A DNA stretch of 64,000 nt from an uncultured Comamonadaceae bacterium (GCA_964527895.1 CAZGQI010000001.1:55275-119274), one strand, 5' to 3'; positions 17,907 to 26,873 are shown, numbered from the stretch's first letter. Notes: a model not told the origin generated them from the letters alone. Made by a program: numbers and translations.

Positions 17907-19124
17907 TCAAAGGGTCGCCGCCAAGAGGTCGAGTGGCTTCCACGGCAAATTGCGCTCCGCCGCGATTTCCTCATGCGTCAAGGTGCCATTGAACATGTAC
18001 ACCCCCGTGGCAATGAGGTTGTGGTCCTTGATGGCAGGGACCACGCCACCCTCACCCGCAATGCCGAGGAGCATGGGCGCGAAAATGTTGCTCAACGCCT
18101 TGCTCGCCGTGCGAGACACGCGAGACGGAATGTTGGGGACGCAGTAGTGAATGACGCCGCATTCAATGAAGGTCGGCCGCTCGTGGCTGGTCAGACGTGA
18201 TGTTTCAAACACGCCACCGCGGTCGATGCTCACGTCCACCACAATGGACCGCTCGCGCATTCCGGCAATCATGGGCTCGCTGACCAACATCGGTGCACGT
18301 GGGCCAGCGCCCCGAACGGCCCCAATGGCCACATCGGCGGTCCGCAGGGCCTCTTCCAACACCGACGGCTGCAAGGTGGACGTCCAGAGCCGCTGTCCGA
18401 CCGCGTTTTGGAGTCGGATCAGTCGGTGCACGGAATTGTCGAAGACCTTGACGCTGGCGCCCAAGCCGAGGGCGGAGCGTGTGGCGTATTCCCCCACCGT
18501 TCCTGCGCCGAGAATGACCACTTCACTCGGCCGCACGCCGCTGACGCCTCCGAGCATCGTTCCTTGGCCGCGGTTGCTCGCCATCAATTCCCCGGCCAGC
18601 AAAATGGCCGTGTTGCCCGCGATCTCGCCCATGGCCCGAACGAGCGGTTGAATGCCATTTTCGTTTTGGACGAAGTCCCAGGCGATGGCCGTGGTTTTTT
18701 TGGCACTCAACGCCTCGAGCAACCCCTCGTTTTGAACGCTCAATTGCAGTGCGCTGATGAGGGTTTGGCGCATGCCCATCAACTCGACCTCTTCCAGCGA
18801 AGGGGGCTCCACCTTCAACACGATGTTCGCTTGGAACACTTGGCGACGATCGTACACAATGCGTGCGCCTGACTCGCTGTAGTCGTTGTCTGAGAATTGG
18901 GCTTCGGCACCCGCTTGGGTTTCGACCAGCACCTGGTGACCGTGGGCCACAAGGAGGGCGACCGCCTCAGGCACCAAGGCCACCCGTTTTTCTTGGAGAC
19001 TTGTCTCCGCGGGAATGCCTATGGTGAGTTCAGCGTGACCTTGTTTGGCCTGCAACAACTCTTCCTGGGGAAGAAGTGCCGCCTCTCGGGCGAGGGCCTT
19101 GATGGCTTTGCGTCCTGAATCCAT
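17907..19124 (-). CDS. Alanine dehydrogenase / PNT-family NAD(H)-dependent dehydrogenase
   Basis: 405 aa. VVILGAGTVGEYATRSALGLGASVKVFD is a Rossmann motif inside an AlaDH/PNT-type two-domain layout. The substrate is not certain from sequence alone. Confidence 0.65.
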   Translation of the reverse strand: MDSGRKAIKALAREAALLPQEELLQAKQGHAELTIGIPAETSLQEKRVALVPEAVALLVAHGHQVLVETQAGAEAQFSDNDYSESGARIVYDRRQVFQANIVLKVEPPSLEEVELMGMRQTLISALQLSVQNEGLLEALSAKKTTAIAWDFVQNENGIQPLVRAMGEIAGNTAILLAGELMASNRGQGTMLGGVSGVRPSEVVILGAGTVGEYATRSALGLGASVKVFDNSVHRLIRLQNAVGQRLWTSTLQPSVLEEALRTADVAIGAVRGAGPRAPMLVSEPMIAGMRERSIVVDVSIDRGGVFETSRLTSHERPTFIECGVIHYCVPNIPSRVSRTASKALSNIFAPMLLGIAGEGGVVPAIKDHNLIATGVYMFNGTLTHEEIAAERNLPWKPLDLLAATL

Positions 19125-19154
19125 GCGGCCCCAAAATAGCCAAGCGGAAGAAAA

Positions 19155-19610
19155 TCAGCCCTGCAACTGAGACAAAATGCACGTTCGGCTGTCGTCCGCC
19201 TCCACCTTCATCTCGATGAGCCACGCATCGTCAGGCATCAATCCGGGGATGCGCTCGGGCCATTCCACGAGGTTCAACGCGCCGTCGGTCAGCATTTCTG
19301 CGATGCCTGAACGCTCTGCTTCTTCTTCGTTTTCCAGACGGTACAAATCCATGTGCCGCACTTCTTGCACGCCTCCTTCCCGATGCACCGCATGGTGATG
19401 GACCAGCCCAAACGTCGGACTCGCCCCCTCTTCCTCCACATTCCAAGACGCGAGGAGCTGACGCACCAAGGTGGTTTTCCCGGCGCCCATGGCCCCGTGG
19501 ATCGCCACCACACCGCCATGAGGCAAGGCTTCGCCCAAGGCTCGGGCCACTTCAGGCAAGGATTCCAGCCCCTGCATGGACCACCGTCGGAGTTCGGTCA
19601 AGGTCGCCAT
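19155..19610 (-). CDS. tsaE: tRNA t6A37 biosynthesis protein TsaE
   Basis: The P-loop HGAMGAGKTTLVRQL followed by SPTFGLVHHH...HMDLYRL is the TsaE/YjeE signature. Start taken at MATLTEL (ATG 19610), 1 nt after the porX stop. Confidence 0.8.
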   Translation of the reverse strand: MATLTELRRWSMQGLESLPEVARALGEALPHGGVVAIHGAMGAGKTTLVRQLLASWNVEEEGASPTFGLVHHHAVHREGGVQEVRHMDLYRLENEEEAERSGIAEMLTDGALNLVEWPERIPGLMPDDAWLIEMKVEADDSRTCILSQLQG

Positions 19611-19611
19611 G

Positions 19612-21189
19612 TCAACTTCCTTTGGGATCCAGAATGACCCACGGCACAATCATTTCCTCCATGCTGACGCCCCCGTGCTGGAAGGTGTCTCGGAAGGTCT
19701 TGGTGTATTTCGCCGCATTGTTGGGGTAGACCAGGAAGTCTTTGCCCTTGCCAAAAATGTAGCTGCTCGACACGTTGGGCTTGGGCAAGCCCACGCGCTC
19801 AGGGTTCCGAATTTCCATGACCTCGTCCGGATTGTACCCCAGGTTCTTGCCCACCTTGTAACGCAGGTTGTTGTTGGTGGTTTCACGGTCTCCGCGGACT
19901 TCCACCGGATGATCGACGCGCATGGTGCCGTGGTCGGTGGTGAGAATCATGCGCCCTCCCATGTCGGCCATGGCATCCATCATGTCCTTGAGCGGGCTGT
20001 GCTGGAACCACGAATGGGTCAAACTGCGGTACGCCGCTTCGTCGTCGGCCAGCTCCTTGATGACTTCCATTTCGGAGCGTGCATGGCTGAGCATGTCGAC
20101 AAAATTGTACACCACCGTCACCACGGACTGGCCTTTCAGTTCGTGGAAACGGTCCGCCAACCGCTTGCCCGATTGCAGGTTGGTGATTTTGTGGTAGGAC
20201 GTTTTGCCCGTCACGCCCAACCGCGAAAACAGGCCTTGTTGCAACGCTTCTTCGTGGGCGTTTTTGGAGCCTTGCTCGTGCTCCCCAATCCACAGGTTGG
20301 GCATCATGCGGGCGATGTCCCCGGGCGTCATGCCCGCGAAGAGGGCGTTGCGCGCGTATTGTGTGGCCGTCGGCAACATGCTGAAGTAGGTGGTTTCCTC
20401 CACCACATTCCATTTGGGCCGAAGCGTGGGCGCGATGGTGCGCCATTGGTCCCAGCGCAAATTGTCGATGACCACCAAAAACACAGGACGGCCCTGCGCC
20501 CCTTCCAACGCTCCAGGAAGCCATTTGGGAAGAACCTCGTGGGACAAGGTGGGCCCTTGTTCCATGCCCGTCATCCACGCCTCGTAGTGGTCCTCCACAA
20601 ACCGCACAAATTGGTGGTTCGCCTCCGCATGTTGGTTGTCGAGAATCTCCAACATGCTCCGGTCTCCCGACTCCCCCAAGGTGGCGTGCCAGTGCATGAG
20701 CCGGCGGTATACCTCGGACCACTCTTCGGCATTCATGCGCCCGCCCAACTTCATGGCCAGCTCGCGGAACTCCCGCATGTAAGTCGACTGCGCCTGCTCG
20801 CCCCGCAACCGGTTGTTGTCGAGGATTTTTTTGACCGACAACAAGATTTGATGCGGGTTGACGGGCTTGATGAGGTAGTCGCTGATCTTGGAGCCGATGG
20901 CCTCCTCCATGATGTGCTCTTCCTCGCTCTTGGTGATCATGATGACGGGCACGTCGGGATGTTTGTCCTTGATGCGCTGAAGCGTTTCAATGCCATTCAA
21001 CCCCGGCATGTTCTCGTCCAGAAAAACCACGTCGAACGGCCGCGCCTCCACCTCGTCCAAGGCCTCCACGCCGCTGTTCACCCCCGTCACATCGTAGCCC
21101 TTCTCGTTCAAGAACAAAATGTGCGGCTTCAGCAGTTCGATTTCGTCGTCAGCCCAAAGAATGTGTGGTCGTCCCATCTCAATTCGCAT
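19612..21189 (-). CDS. porX: PorX-type response regulator (receiver + PglZ/alkaline-phosphatase-like domain), T9SS-associated
   Basis: ILWADDEIELLKPHILFLNEKGYDVTGVNSGVEALD...VFLDENMPGLNG is a receiver domain. The remaining ~390 aa (VVYNFVDMLSHARSE...TTDHG) form the PglZ-type domain. About 520 aa, as for PorX. An alternative start is at M5 (21177). Confidence 0.8.
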   Translation of the reverse strand: MRIEMGRPHILWADDEIELLKPHILFLNEKGYDVTGVNSGVEALDEVEARPFDVVFLDENMPGLNGIETLQRIKDKHPDVPVIMITKSEEEHIMEEAIGSKISDYLIKPVNPHQILLSVKKILDNNRLRGEQAQSTYMREFRELAMKLGGRMNAEEWSEVYRRLMHWHATLGESGDRSMLEILDNQHAEANHQFVRFVEDHYEAWMTGMEQGPTLSHEVLPKWLPGALEGAQGRPVFLVVIDNLRWDQWRTIAPTLRPKWNVVEETTYFSMLPTATQYARNALFAGMTPGDIARMMPNLWIGEHEQGSKNAHEEALQQGLFSRLGVTGKTSYHKITNLQSGKRLADRFHELKGQSVVTVVYNFVDMLSHARSEMEVIKELADDEAAYRSLTHSWFQHSPLKDMMDAMADMGGRMILTTDHGTMRVDHPVEVRGDRETTNNNLRYKVGKNLGYNPDEVMEIRNPERVGLPKPNVSSSYIFGKGKDFLVYPNNAAKYTKTFRDTFQHGGVSMEEMIVPWVILDPKGS

Positions 21190-21302
21190 TCGAGTGCCTG
21201 CCCGGTTTCAGGGCATCGGCCAGGCGCGTATCTTGCGGCGTCTCTCGCCGTAAACCTCGCCTGTCGGCAAAGTAACGTCGAGACGCGCGACTTCGTATTG
21301 GA

Positions 21303-22550
21303 ATGAGCACGGTCAACCGCCACAAAATTCTCAACGACCCCGTCTACGGGTTTGTGACCCTGCGCCATGAACGGGCCCTCGACCTGATGGACCACCGGTA
21401 TATGCAGCGCTTGCGCCGCATTTCACAGTTGGGGCTCTCCCATTTGGTCTACCCCGGGGCCGTGCACAACCGCTTTCACCATGCCGTGGGCTGCATGCAC
21501 CTTATGCAGGAGGCCATCGACAGCCTGCGCAACAAAGGCGTGGCCATCACCGAGGCCGAGGCCGAGGCGGCGTGCTTGGCCATCCTCTTGCACGACGTGG
21601 GCCACGGCCCTTTCAGTCACGCGTTGGAACACAGCATCGTCAAAGGCGTACACCACGAAGACGTCAGCGCCCTGATCATGGGCCGCCTGAACGACGAGAT
21701 GGGCGGCGCCTTGGATTTGGCCATTGAGATTTTCAACGACCACCATCCCAAGCCGTTCCTCCACCAGTTGGTCAGCAGCCAACTCGACATGGATCGCCTG
21801 GACTATCTCGCGCGGGACAGCTTCTACAGCGGCGTCACCGAGGGCAAGGTGGGCAGCGAGCGCATCCTGAAGATGTTGAACGTCGTGGACGGCCAACTCT
21901 GCATCGAAGAGAAGGCAATCTACTCCATCGAGAAGTTCATTGTGGCGCGCCGATTGATGTACTGGCAAGTGTACCTGCACCGCACCGTCTTGAGCGCCGA
22001 GCACATGTTGATGCTCGTGCTCAACCGCGCCAAGCACCTCGCACGCCAAGGGGTTGCCGTGTTCGCCTCCCCTGCGCTGTCTTTGTTCCTGCATGACGAC
22101 CTCGATCGGGCCAAATTCCTCGCCGACCCCGACGTCCTCGAACGCTTCTGCGAACTGGACGACAGCGACATTTTTGTGGCCATGAAATCGTGGCGGCACC
22201 ACGAAGACCGCGTGCTTGCCTTGCTGAGCCAACGGCTGCTGGACCGCGGCCTGTTCCGCATCGAGCTGCGTCCTGAGCCCTTCACAGAGGCCGACGCGGC
22301 GGAGCGCGTGCAAGCCACTGCGGATGCCTTGGATTTCACCTTGGAGGAAGCCTCTTTTTTGGTGAGCAACGCCCGCATCGACAACAAGGCCTACGTCCCC
22401 AAAGGCATCCACGTCCTCTACAAGGATGGCTCCGTGCGCGACTTTGCCGAGGCCAACGACCACCTGCACATGCAGATGCTCAGCAGGCCCGTGGAAAAGA
22501 GCTTCCTCTGCTATCCCAAAGAATTGAAGGTTCCCCAAAGAGGGGCCTGA
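21303..22550 (+). CDS. HD-domain phosphohydrolase (dGTPase-related family)
   Basis: NRFHHAVGCMHL...LLHDVGHGPFSH...DMDRLDYLARD is the HD superfamily metal-binding pattern. Confidence 0.75.
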   Translation: MSTVNRHKILNDPVYGFVTLRHERALDLMDHRYMQRLRRISQLGLSHLVYPGAVHNRFHHAVGCMHLMQEAIDSLRNKGVAITEAEAEAACLAILLHDVGHGPFSHALEHSIVKGVHHEDVSALIMGRLNDEMGGALDLAIEIFNDHHPKPFLHQLVSSQLDMDRLDYLARDSFYSGVTEGKVGSERILKMLNVVDGQLCIEEKAIYSIEKFIVARRLMYWQVYLHRTVLSAEHMLMLVLNRAKHLARQGVAVFASPALSLFLHDDLDRAKFLADPDVLERFCELDDSDIFVAMKSWRHHEDRVLALLSQRLLDRGLFRIELRPEPFTEADAAERVQATADALDFTLEEASFLVSNARIDNKAYVPKGIHVLYKDGSVRDFAEANDHLHMQMLSRPVEKSFLCYPKELKVPQRGA

Positions 22551-22592
22551 CACATCCATCCCAAGGACCCGATGGCCCTTGGGATGAATCCG

Positions 22593-24146
22593 TCAATCGG
22601 GGGTGATTTCCTCCCCCAGCGCGTTGTGGATGTGGTACTCGAGGATCTCCAAATTGGAATTGGACTCAATGTCGAGCTTGATGTCCAAGGACTTCTGCCA
22701 CTGCCGACGAATGGACTTCCACCAGCCCTGCGTCAGGTAGGCTTCCAACATCGGGTGCACCATCAGCGTCATGCGCTTTCGGTTTTCCCCTTCCGCGAGG
22801 TATTTCAAGGCGGACTCGATGCGCTCGGTGATGAGGATGCTCGCCTCCACCTTGCCCGAACCGTTGCAGGCCGGACAGGCGTCTTGCGTCGCCACATCCG
22901 CCACGTCCCGAACGCGTTGTCGCGTCATTTCCATCACCCCAAAACGACTTGGCGTCGAGATGTTGTGCTTTGCCTTGTCCCGCTTCATGGCGGCACGCAT
23001 GGCGTCTGTGAGCTGCTTGTTGTGCTCGCGCTTGGCCATGTCGATGAAGTCGATGGCGATGATGCCGCCAATGTCCCGCAAACGAAGAAGCCGCGCGATT
23101 TCCTCCACGACGTCGAGGTTGGTGATGAGGGCGTTTTCCTCTTGGCTTGAAGCACCTTTCTTCCGTCCGCCGCTGTTCACGTCGATGACGTGCATGGCTT
23201 CCGTTTGCTCAAGGACCAAGTAAGAACCACTCCGCAAATTCACCTGGCGTCCAAAGGCCGCCTTGATTTGGCGGTGAATGGACATGTTGTTGAACAGGTC
23301 TTTCGCCCGGCTCAACTTCACCATGCCCTCGTCGCCACTGCCGCTGCCGACCAAAAACTCCTTGACCTCGTCTGCGACCCGAGGGTCGTTGACGTGGATG
23401 GTTTTGCAGTCGGGCGTCATGACGTCGCGCATCACCACGCTCACCTTGTTCACCTCCCCCAGCACGCGCTTGCCCGGTTTGGCGTTTTTCAAGTTGTCGT
23501 AGAGCTTCTTCCAACGAGACACGAGGTCTTCGAGATCGCTGTGCAAATCGGCCGAGCCTTTGTTTTCCGCCACCGTCCGAACGATGATGCCGAAACCCGG
23601 AGGCTGGATGCTTTGCATGAGCCGCTTGAGGCGGTTGCGTTCTTTCTCCCCTTTGATGCGAGAAGACAAGCTCACCTTGTCGCTGAAAGGCACCAACACC
23701 AAATAACGCCCCGGCAGGCTGACCTCTGCGGTCAACCTCGGGCCTTTGGTGCTGATGGGTTCTTTGGCGACTTGAACCAGCACGAGCTGCGATGCGGACA
23801 CGTAGTCCTTCATCTTGCCCTTGCGGTCGATGTCTTCTTCCCGCTTGAATTGACTGATGTCGGATGTCGGCTGCTTGCCAGACATCACGCGCTTCACCCA
23901 GATTTGCTGCGTTTTGAACTGTGGTCCCAGATCGGAATGGTGAAGGAACGCATCCTTCCCATGACCCACATCCACAAAGCCCGCATTCAAATTGGGCATG
24001 ACTTTCCTGACGCGGCCGACATAAATGTCGCCCACGGCGTATTGCACGTCTCCCCGATCACGGTGGAGCTCAACGAGCTGTCCGTCCTCGAGAAGTGCAA
24101 TGTCGACGCCCGCAGACGTCGAATTGATGACGAGTTCGGCGTCCAT
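22593..24146 (-). CDS. rng: Rne/Rng-family ribonuclease (RNase G size)
   Basis: S1-like N-terminus (GDIYVGRVRKVMPNLNAGFVDVG) and catalytic core (HVIDVNSG...GGIIAIDFIDM...CPACNGSG). ATG 24146 is preferred; a GTG one codon upstream (24149) is the track start. Confidence 0.85.
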   Translation of the reverse strand: MDAELVINSTSAGVDIALLEDGQLVELHRDRGDVQYAVGDIYVGRVRKVMPNLNAGFVDVGHGKDAFLHHSDLGPQFKTQQIWVKRVMSGKQPTSDISQFKREEDIDRKGKMKDYVSASQLVLVQVAKEPISTKGPRLTAEVSLPGRYLVLVPFSDKVSLSSRIKGEKERNRLKRLMQSIQPPGFGIIVRTVAENKGSADLHSDLEDLVSRWKKLYDNLKNAKPGKRVLGEVNKVSVVMRDVMTPDCKTIHVNDPRVADEVKEFLVGSGSGDEGMVKLSRAKDLFNNMSIHRQIKAAFGRQVNLRSGSYLVLEQTEAMHVIDVNSGGRKKGASSQEENALITNLDVVEEIARLLRLRDIGGIIAIDFIDMAKREHNKQLTDAMRAAMKRDKAKHNISTPSRFGVMEMTRQRVRDVADVATQDACPACNGSGKVEASILITERIESALKYLAEGENRKRMTLMVHPMLEAYLTQGWWKSIRRQWQKSLDIKLDIESNSNLEILEYHIHNALGEEITPD

Positions 24147-24164
24147 CACATGAAGTCTCGCAGG

Positions 24165-24189
24165 GTGAGGGGTGTCAACACACCCTCAC
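24165..24189 (-). terminator. Strong hairpin between the bS22 gene and rng (terminator, attenuator or RNase target)
   Basis: On the minus strand, GTGAGGGTGT-GTTG-ACACCCCTCAC gives 10 bp with one bulged base and a 4-nt loop. It starts 11 nt after the bS22 stop and ends 18 nt before the rng ATG. There is no U-tract. Confidence 0.35.
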
Positions 24190-24199
24190 ACCGCGGTCA

Positions 24200-24289
24200 T
24201 TACTTCTTCTTGTGACGGTTCTTACGAAGACGCTTCTTACGCTTGTGCGTGGCCATCTTATGACGCTTGCGCTTTTTTCCGCTTGGCAT
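24200..24289 (-). CDS. Small basic ribosomal protein bS22 (AURKAIP1/COX24-like, 29 aa)
   Basis: Not in the ORF track (too short). The hand translation is MPSGKKRKRHKMATHKRKKRLRKNRHKKK followed by a stop. To my recollection this matches the 29-aa protein conserved across Bacteroidota and assigned to the 30S subunit as bS22. Confidence 0.7.
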   Translation of the reverse strand: MPSGKKRKRHKMATHKRKKRLRKNRHKKK

Positions 24290-24300
24290 GATAGTGTTGT

Positions 24301-24912
24301 TTAAATGCCTGAGCCCGACAGGTCGGATTCAAGCCGTTCGATGATGCCCTCCACGCTCTTCGTCACCGCAGTGTCGGGCGAGAGTGGAAGGTAAGATTTG
24401 TATTCTGTCAATGCTTGGTCCACTTTGCCCATCGCCTCCAGGCAGCGGGCTTTGAAAAAGCGACCATTCACATACATTTCGTCTGCTGAGATGCAAAGGT
24501 CAAAGCCCTGCACCGCATCCTCAAGGTAGCCCTCTTCCATGTCGAGCATGGCGCGTTCCCAGTACGCCTCCACGCGGTCGGGTTGGGCGTCGATGACCTG
24601 GTCAAAACGCTCACGCGCCTTGTCCAACTGTCCACTCTGGACGCTGAAGCGACCGAGCCACATGACCGCGTCCAAGTTGGGAGGGGTCTCGTCGGCCAAG
24701 GCGCGCAACGCGAGAATGCCCTCCATGGGGTTCTCGCCGCTCACTTTGGCCACCGCGATGTCCACGGGATCGGTGCCGATGTCTTCAAGGGCCACCCCTT
24801 CCGTCACGGGAGGTTTGGGGGCAGAAGCAGGGGTGCGCGGCATCCACAACACGCCTGCAACGAGCGCAGAAGCGCCCGCCAACAAGACCCATGTGGATTT
24901 CGACACAGCCAT
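24301..24912 (-). CDS. Membrane-anchored TPR-repeat protein
   Basis: N-terminal TM (WVLLAGASALVAGVLW), then TPR-like helical pairs (LDKARERFDQVIDAQPDRVEAYWERAMLDMEEGYLEDAVQGFDLCI...). Confidence 0.7.
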   Translation of the reverse strand: MAVSKSTWVLLAGASALVAGVLWMPRTPASAPKPPVTEGVALEDIGTDPVDIAVAKVSGENPMEGILALRALADETPPNLDAVMWLGRFSVQSGQLDKARERFDQVIDAQPDRVEAYWERAMLDMEEGYLEDAVQGFDLCISADEMYVNGRFFKARCLEAMGKVDQALTEYKSYLPLSPDTAVTKSVEGIIERLESDLSGSGI

Positions 24913-24916
24913 GATC

Positions 24917-25207
24917 TTACTTGACCTTCACGTTCACTTTCACATTCTCCACGAAGTCCTTGCTGGGCTTGAATGAGGGAATGTTGTGGGCTGGAATCTG
25001 GATGGACTTCTTCGCCAAAATGTTGCGGCCTGTCTTGGCTGCACGCGTCTTGACAACAAAGCTTCCGAAGCCGCGCAAGTACACGTTTTCTCCGTTCTCC
25101 AAGTTGTTGCGGACCGCGCGCATGAACGCTTCCACAGTGACTTGGACGTCTCCTTTTTCCATTCCGGTTTGGTCCGAAATTTGGCTTACGATGTCCGCCT
25201 TGGTCAT
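24917..25207 (-). CDS. hup: HU-family DNA-binding protein
   Basis: 96 aa. MTKADIVSQISDQTGMEKGDVQVTVEAFM...LRGFGSFVVKTRAAKTGRN is canonical HU/IHF. Confidence 0.9.
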   Translation of the reverse strand: MTKADIVSQISDQTGMEKGDVQVTVEAFMRAVRNNLENGENVYLRGFGSFVVKTRAAKTGRNILAKKSIQIPAHNIPSFKPSKDFVENVKVNVKVK

Positions 25208-25274
25208 GGTCTGAGAGGGTTTCTTGTAGGTAGTGGTTCGAATTCAACGTCCTGTGAGGGCGTTTTGGGGGGTG

Positions 25275-25282
25275 CAAAAATA
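25275..25282 (-). promoter_or_regulatory. Putative -7 box TATTTTTG for the hup-TPR-bS22(-rng) unit
   Basis: Exact TAnnTTTG on the minus strand, 67 nt upstream of the hup ATG. Confidence 0.45.
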
Positions 25283-25288
25283 CGCGCA

Positions 25289-25296
25289 TACCTTTG
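25289..25296 (+). promoter_or_regulatory. Putative -7 box TACCTTTG for mutY
   Basis: Exact TAnnTTTG, with TTTG at 25264-25267 as a possible -33 element. It lies 8 nt upstream of ATG 25305 and back-to-back with the hup box. Confidence 0.45.
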
Positions 25297-25304
25297 AAAA
25301 CGAA

Positions 25305-26381
25305 ATGAATGACCCGGGTTTTCTGCAAAAAAACACAGACCAAAAACGCGCGCACGCTGCCCAAAAAGCTTTGAGGGCGTGGTATTTGCAGCATGCCCGC
25401 ACCCTTCCGTGGCGCGAAGTGCCCTCCCTGTACGGCACGTGGTTGAGTGAAATCATGTTGCAACAGACCCGCGTCGAAACCGGCATTCCGAAATGGCATG
25501 CCTTTCGGGAACGCTTTCCGGACGTGCGCACTTTGGCCCTCGCCTCCGAAGAAGAGGTGATGAAATCGTGGGAAGGTCTGGGGTACTACCGACGCGCCCG
25601 GCTTCTCCACAAAGCGGCGAAGGCCATTCACGAAGCAGGCGCGTTTCCCGATTCGCATGCCGGATGGCTCGCGCTCCCGGGAATCGGTCCCTACACCGCC
25701 GCCGCCATCGCGTCCATTGGCCTGGGCGAGGCTGTGGCCGCTGTGGACGGCAACGTCCAGCGCGTCCTTTCACGCTGGGCCGGCATCGAAGATCCCGTCG
25801 ATGCAAAGCCTGGGGCGGCGCGCATCCAAGCCGTGGCCGACGTCTGGCTCGACACCCAACACCCTGGCGACCACAACCAAGCCGTCATGGAACTCGGTGC
25901 GCTCGTCTGTGCCCCCCGCAACCCGTCATGTGAGACATGCCCCCTCGCGGACACGTGCCACGCTGCCGGCGACCCAAGCCTCTGGAGCCGCTTGCCCGTC
26001 AAAACGCCCAAGAAAAAGCCCCAAGCCTGGGACTTGACCTGGCATATTGTCACCCACGGCAACCGTGTAGCGGTGGTGCAGCGGCCGGAAACTGGGGTTT
26101 GGGCCACCATGTGGTGCTTCCCTGAAACCCCACCTCCCAACACCTTCGCCGAGGTGGGAAACCTATGTGAACCGGTCACCCACATTCTCACCCACAAACG
26201 CATCACGGCCACCTTCGCGCTCTGGCAAGCGCCCGACCCGGGCGTACTCGAAGCCTTTGCCCGCAAGCACGGCGGGGAGTTGGTGACGTGGCCTGAATTC
26301 GAAGCGCGTGCGAGGCCTCGTTTGTTGACCAAAGTGTGGGATGTTTTGTTGCGCGCCCATGCCGGCGGGGAAGTGGAGTGA
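25305..26381 (+). CDS. mutY: A/G-specific adenine DNA glycosylase
   Basis: LPWREVPSLYGTWLSEIMLQQTRVETGIPKWHAF, the HhH-GPD region, the FeS cluster loop CAPRNPSCETCPLADTC, and a NUDIX-like C-terminal domain. Start taken at MNDPGF (ATG 25305), downstream of the -7 box. Confidence 0.9.
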   Translation: MNDPGFLQKNTDQKRAHAAQKALRAWYLQHARTLPWREVPSLYGTWLSEIMLQQTRVETGIPKWHAFRERFPDVRTLALASEEEVMKSWEGLGYYRRARLLHKAAKAIHEAGAFPDSHAGWLALPGIGPYTAAAIASIGLGEAVAAVDGNVQRVLSRWAGIEDPVDAKPGAARIQAVADVWLDTQHPGDHNQAVMELGALVCAPRNPSCETCPLADTCHAAGDPSLWSRLPVKTPKKKPQAWDLTWHIVTHGNRVAVVQRPETGVWATMWCFPETPPPNTFAEVGNLCEPVTHILTHKRITATFALWQAPDPGVLEAFARKHGGELVTWPEFEARARPRLLTKVWDVLLRAHAGGEVE

Positions 26382-26387
26382 GTGCTG

Positions 26388-26395
26388 TACCTTCG
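26388..26395 (+). promoter_or_regulatory. Putative -7 box TACCTTCG for ssb
   Basis: TAnnTT[C]G variant 4 nt upstream of ATG 26400, just after the mutY stop. Confidence 0.35.
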
Positions 26396-26399
26396 GGGC

Positions 26400-26873
26400 A
26401 TGGCAGGCATCAACAAAGTCATCCTTGTAGGCAACCTGGGTCAGAACCCAGAACTGCGCTACACCCCCAACGGAATCGCGGTGTGCACCCTGCGCATCGC
26501 CACGTCTGAATCGTACACCGACCGGGCGTCCGGGGAGCGCATCACCAACACCGAATGGCACAACGTGGTGCTCTGGCGCGGACTTGCGGAGACCGCAGGC
26601 AAGTACCTGAAGACAGGTTCGCAGTGCTACATCGAAGGCAAGTTGAAGACCCGCCAGTGGCAAGACCAACAGGGCCAAAACCGGTACACCACTGAAGTGG
26701 TCGCCGACGTGATGCAATTGTTGGGACCCGCTCCTGGCCGTGACAACAGCCAGGGCGCGCCCGCGACACAAGCCGCCCAGCCGGCAGCCCAACCTGCGGC
26801 GCAACCCGCCGCACAGCCCGCGGCACAGCCTGTGGCCCAAGCTTCTGGAGACGCGGACGACCTCCCGTTCTAA
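26400..26873 (+). CDS. ssb: Single-stranded DNA-binding protein
   Basis: [37 protein letters not shown] is an OB fold, and the acidic tip DDLPF sits at the C-terminus. Confidence 0.9.
   Translation: MAGINKVILVGNLGQNPELRYTPNGIAVCTLRIATSESYTDRASGERITNTEWHNVVLWRGLAETAGKYLKTGSQCYIEGKLKTRQWQDQQGQNRYTTEVVADVMQLLGPAPGRDNSQGAPATQAAQPAAQPAAQPAAQPAAQPVAQASGDADDLPF
26772..26843 (+). repeat. 12-nt tandem repeat encoding (AAQP)x5 + VAQA in the SSB linker
   Basis: gcc gcc cag ccg / gca gcc caa cct / gcg gcg caa ccc / gcc gca cag ccc / gcg gca cag cct / gtg gcc caa gct. The peptide repeat is perfect while the DNA units differ at synonymous sites. Confidence 0.85.

Noticed and set aside
19576-21306. 576-aa plus-strand ORF
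   Set aside because: Fully antisense to porX/tsaE. The translation is nonsense-like (HRHHGLAFQFVETV...). A GC-driven open frame.
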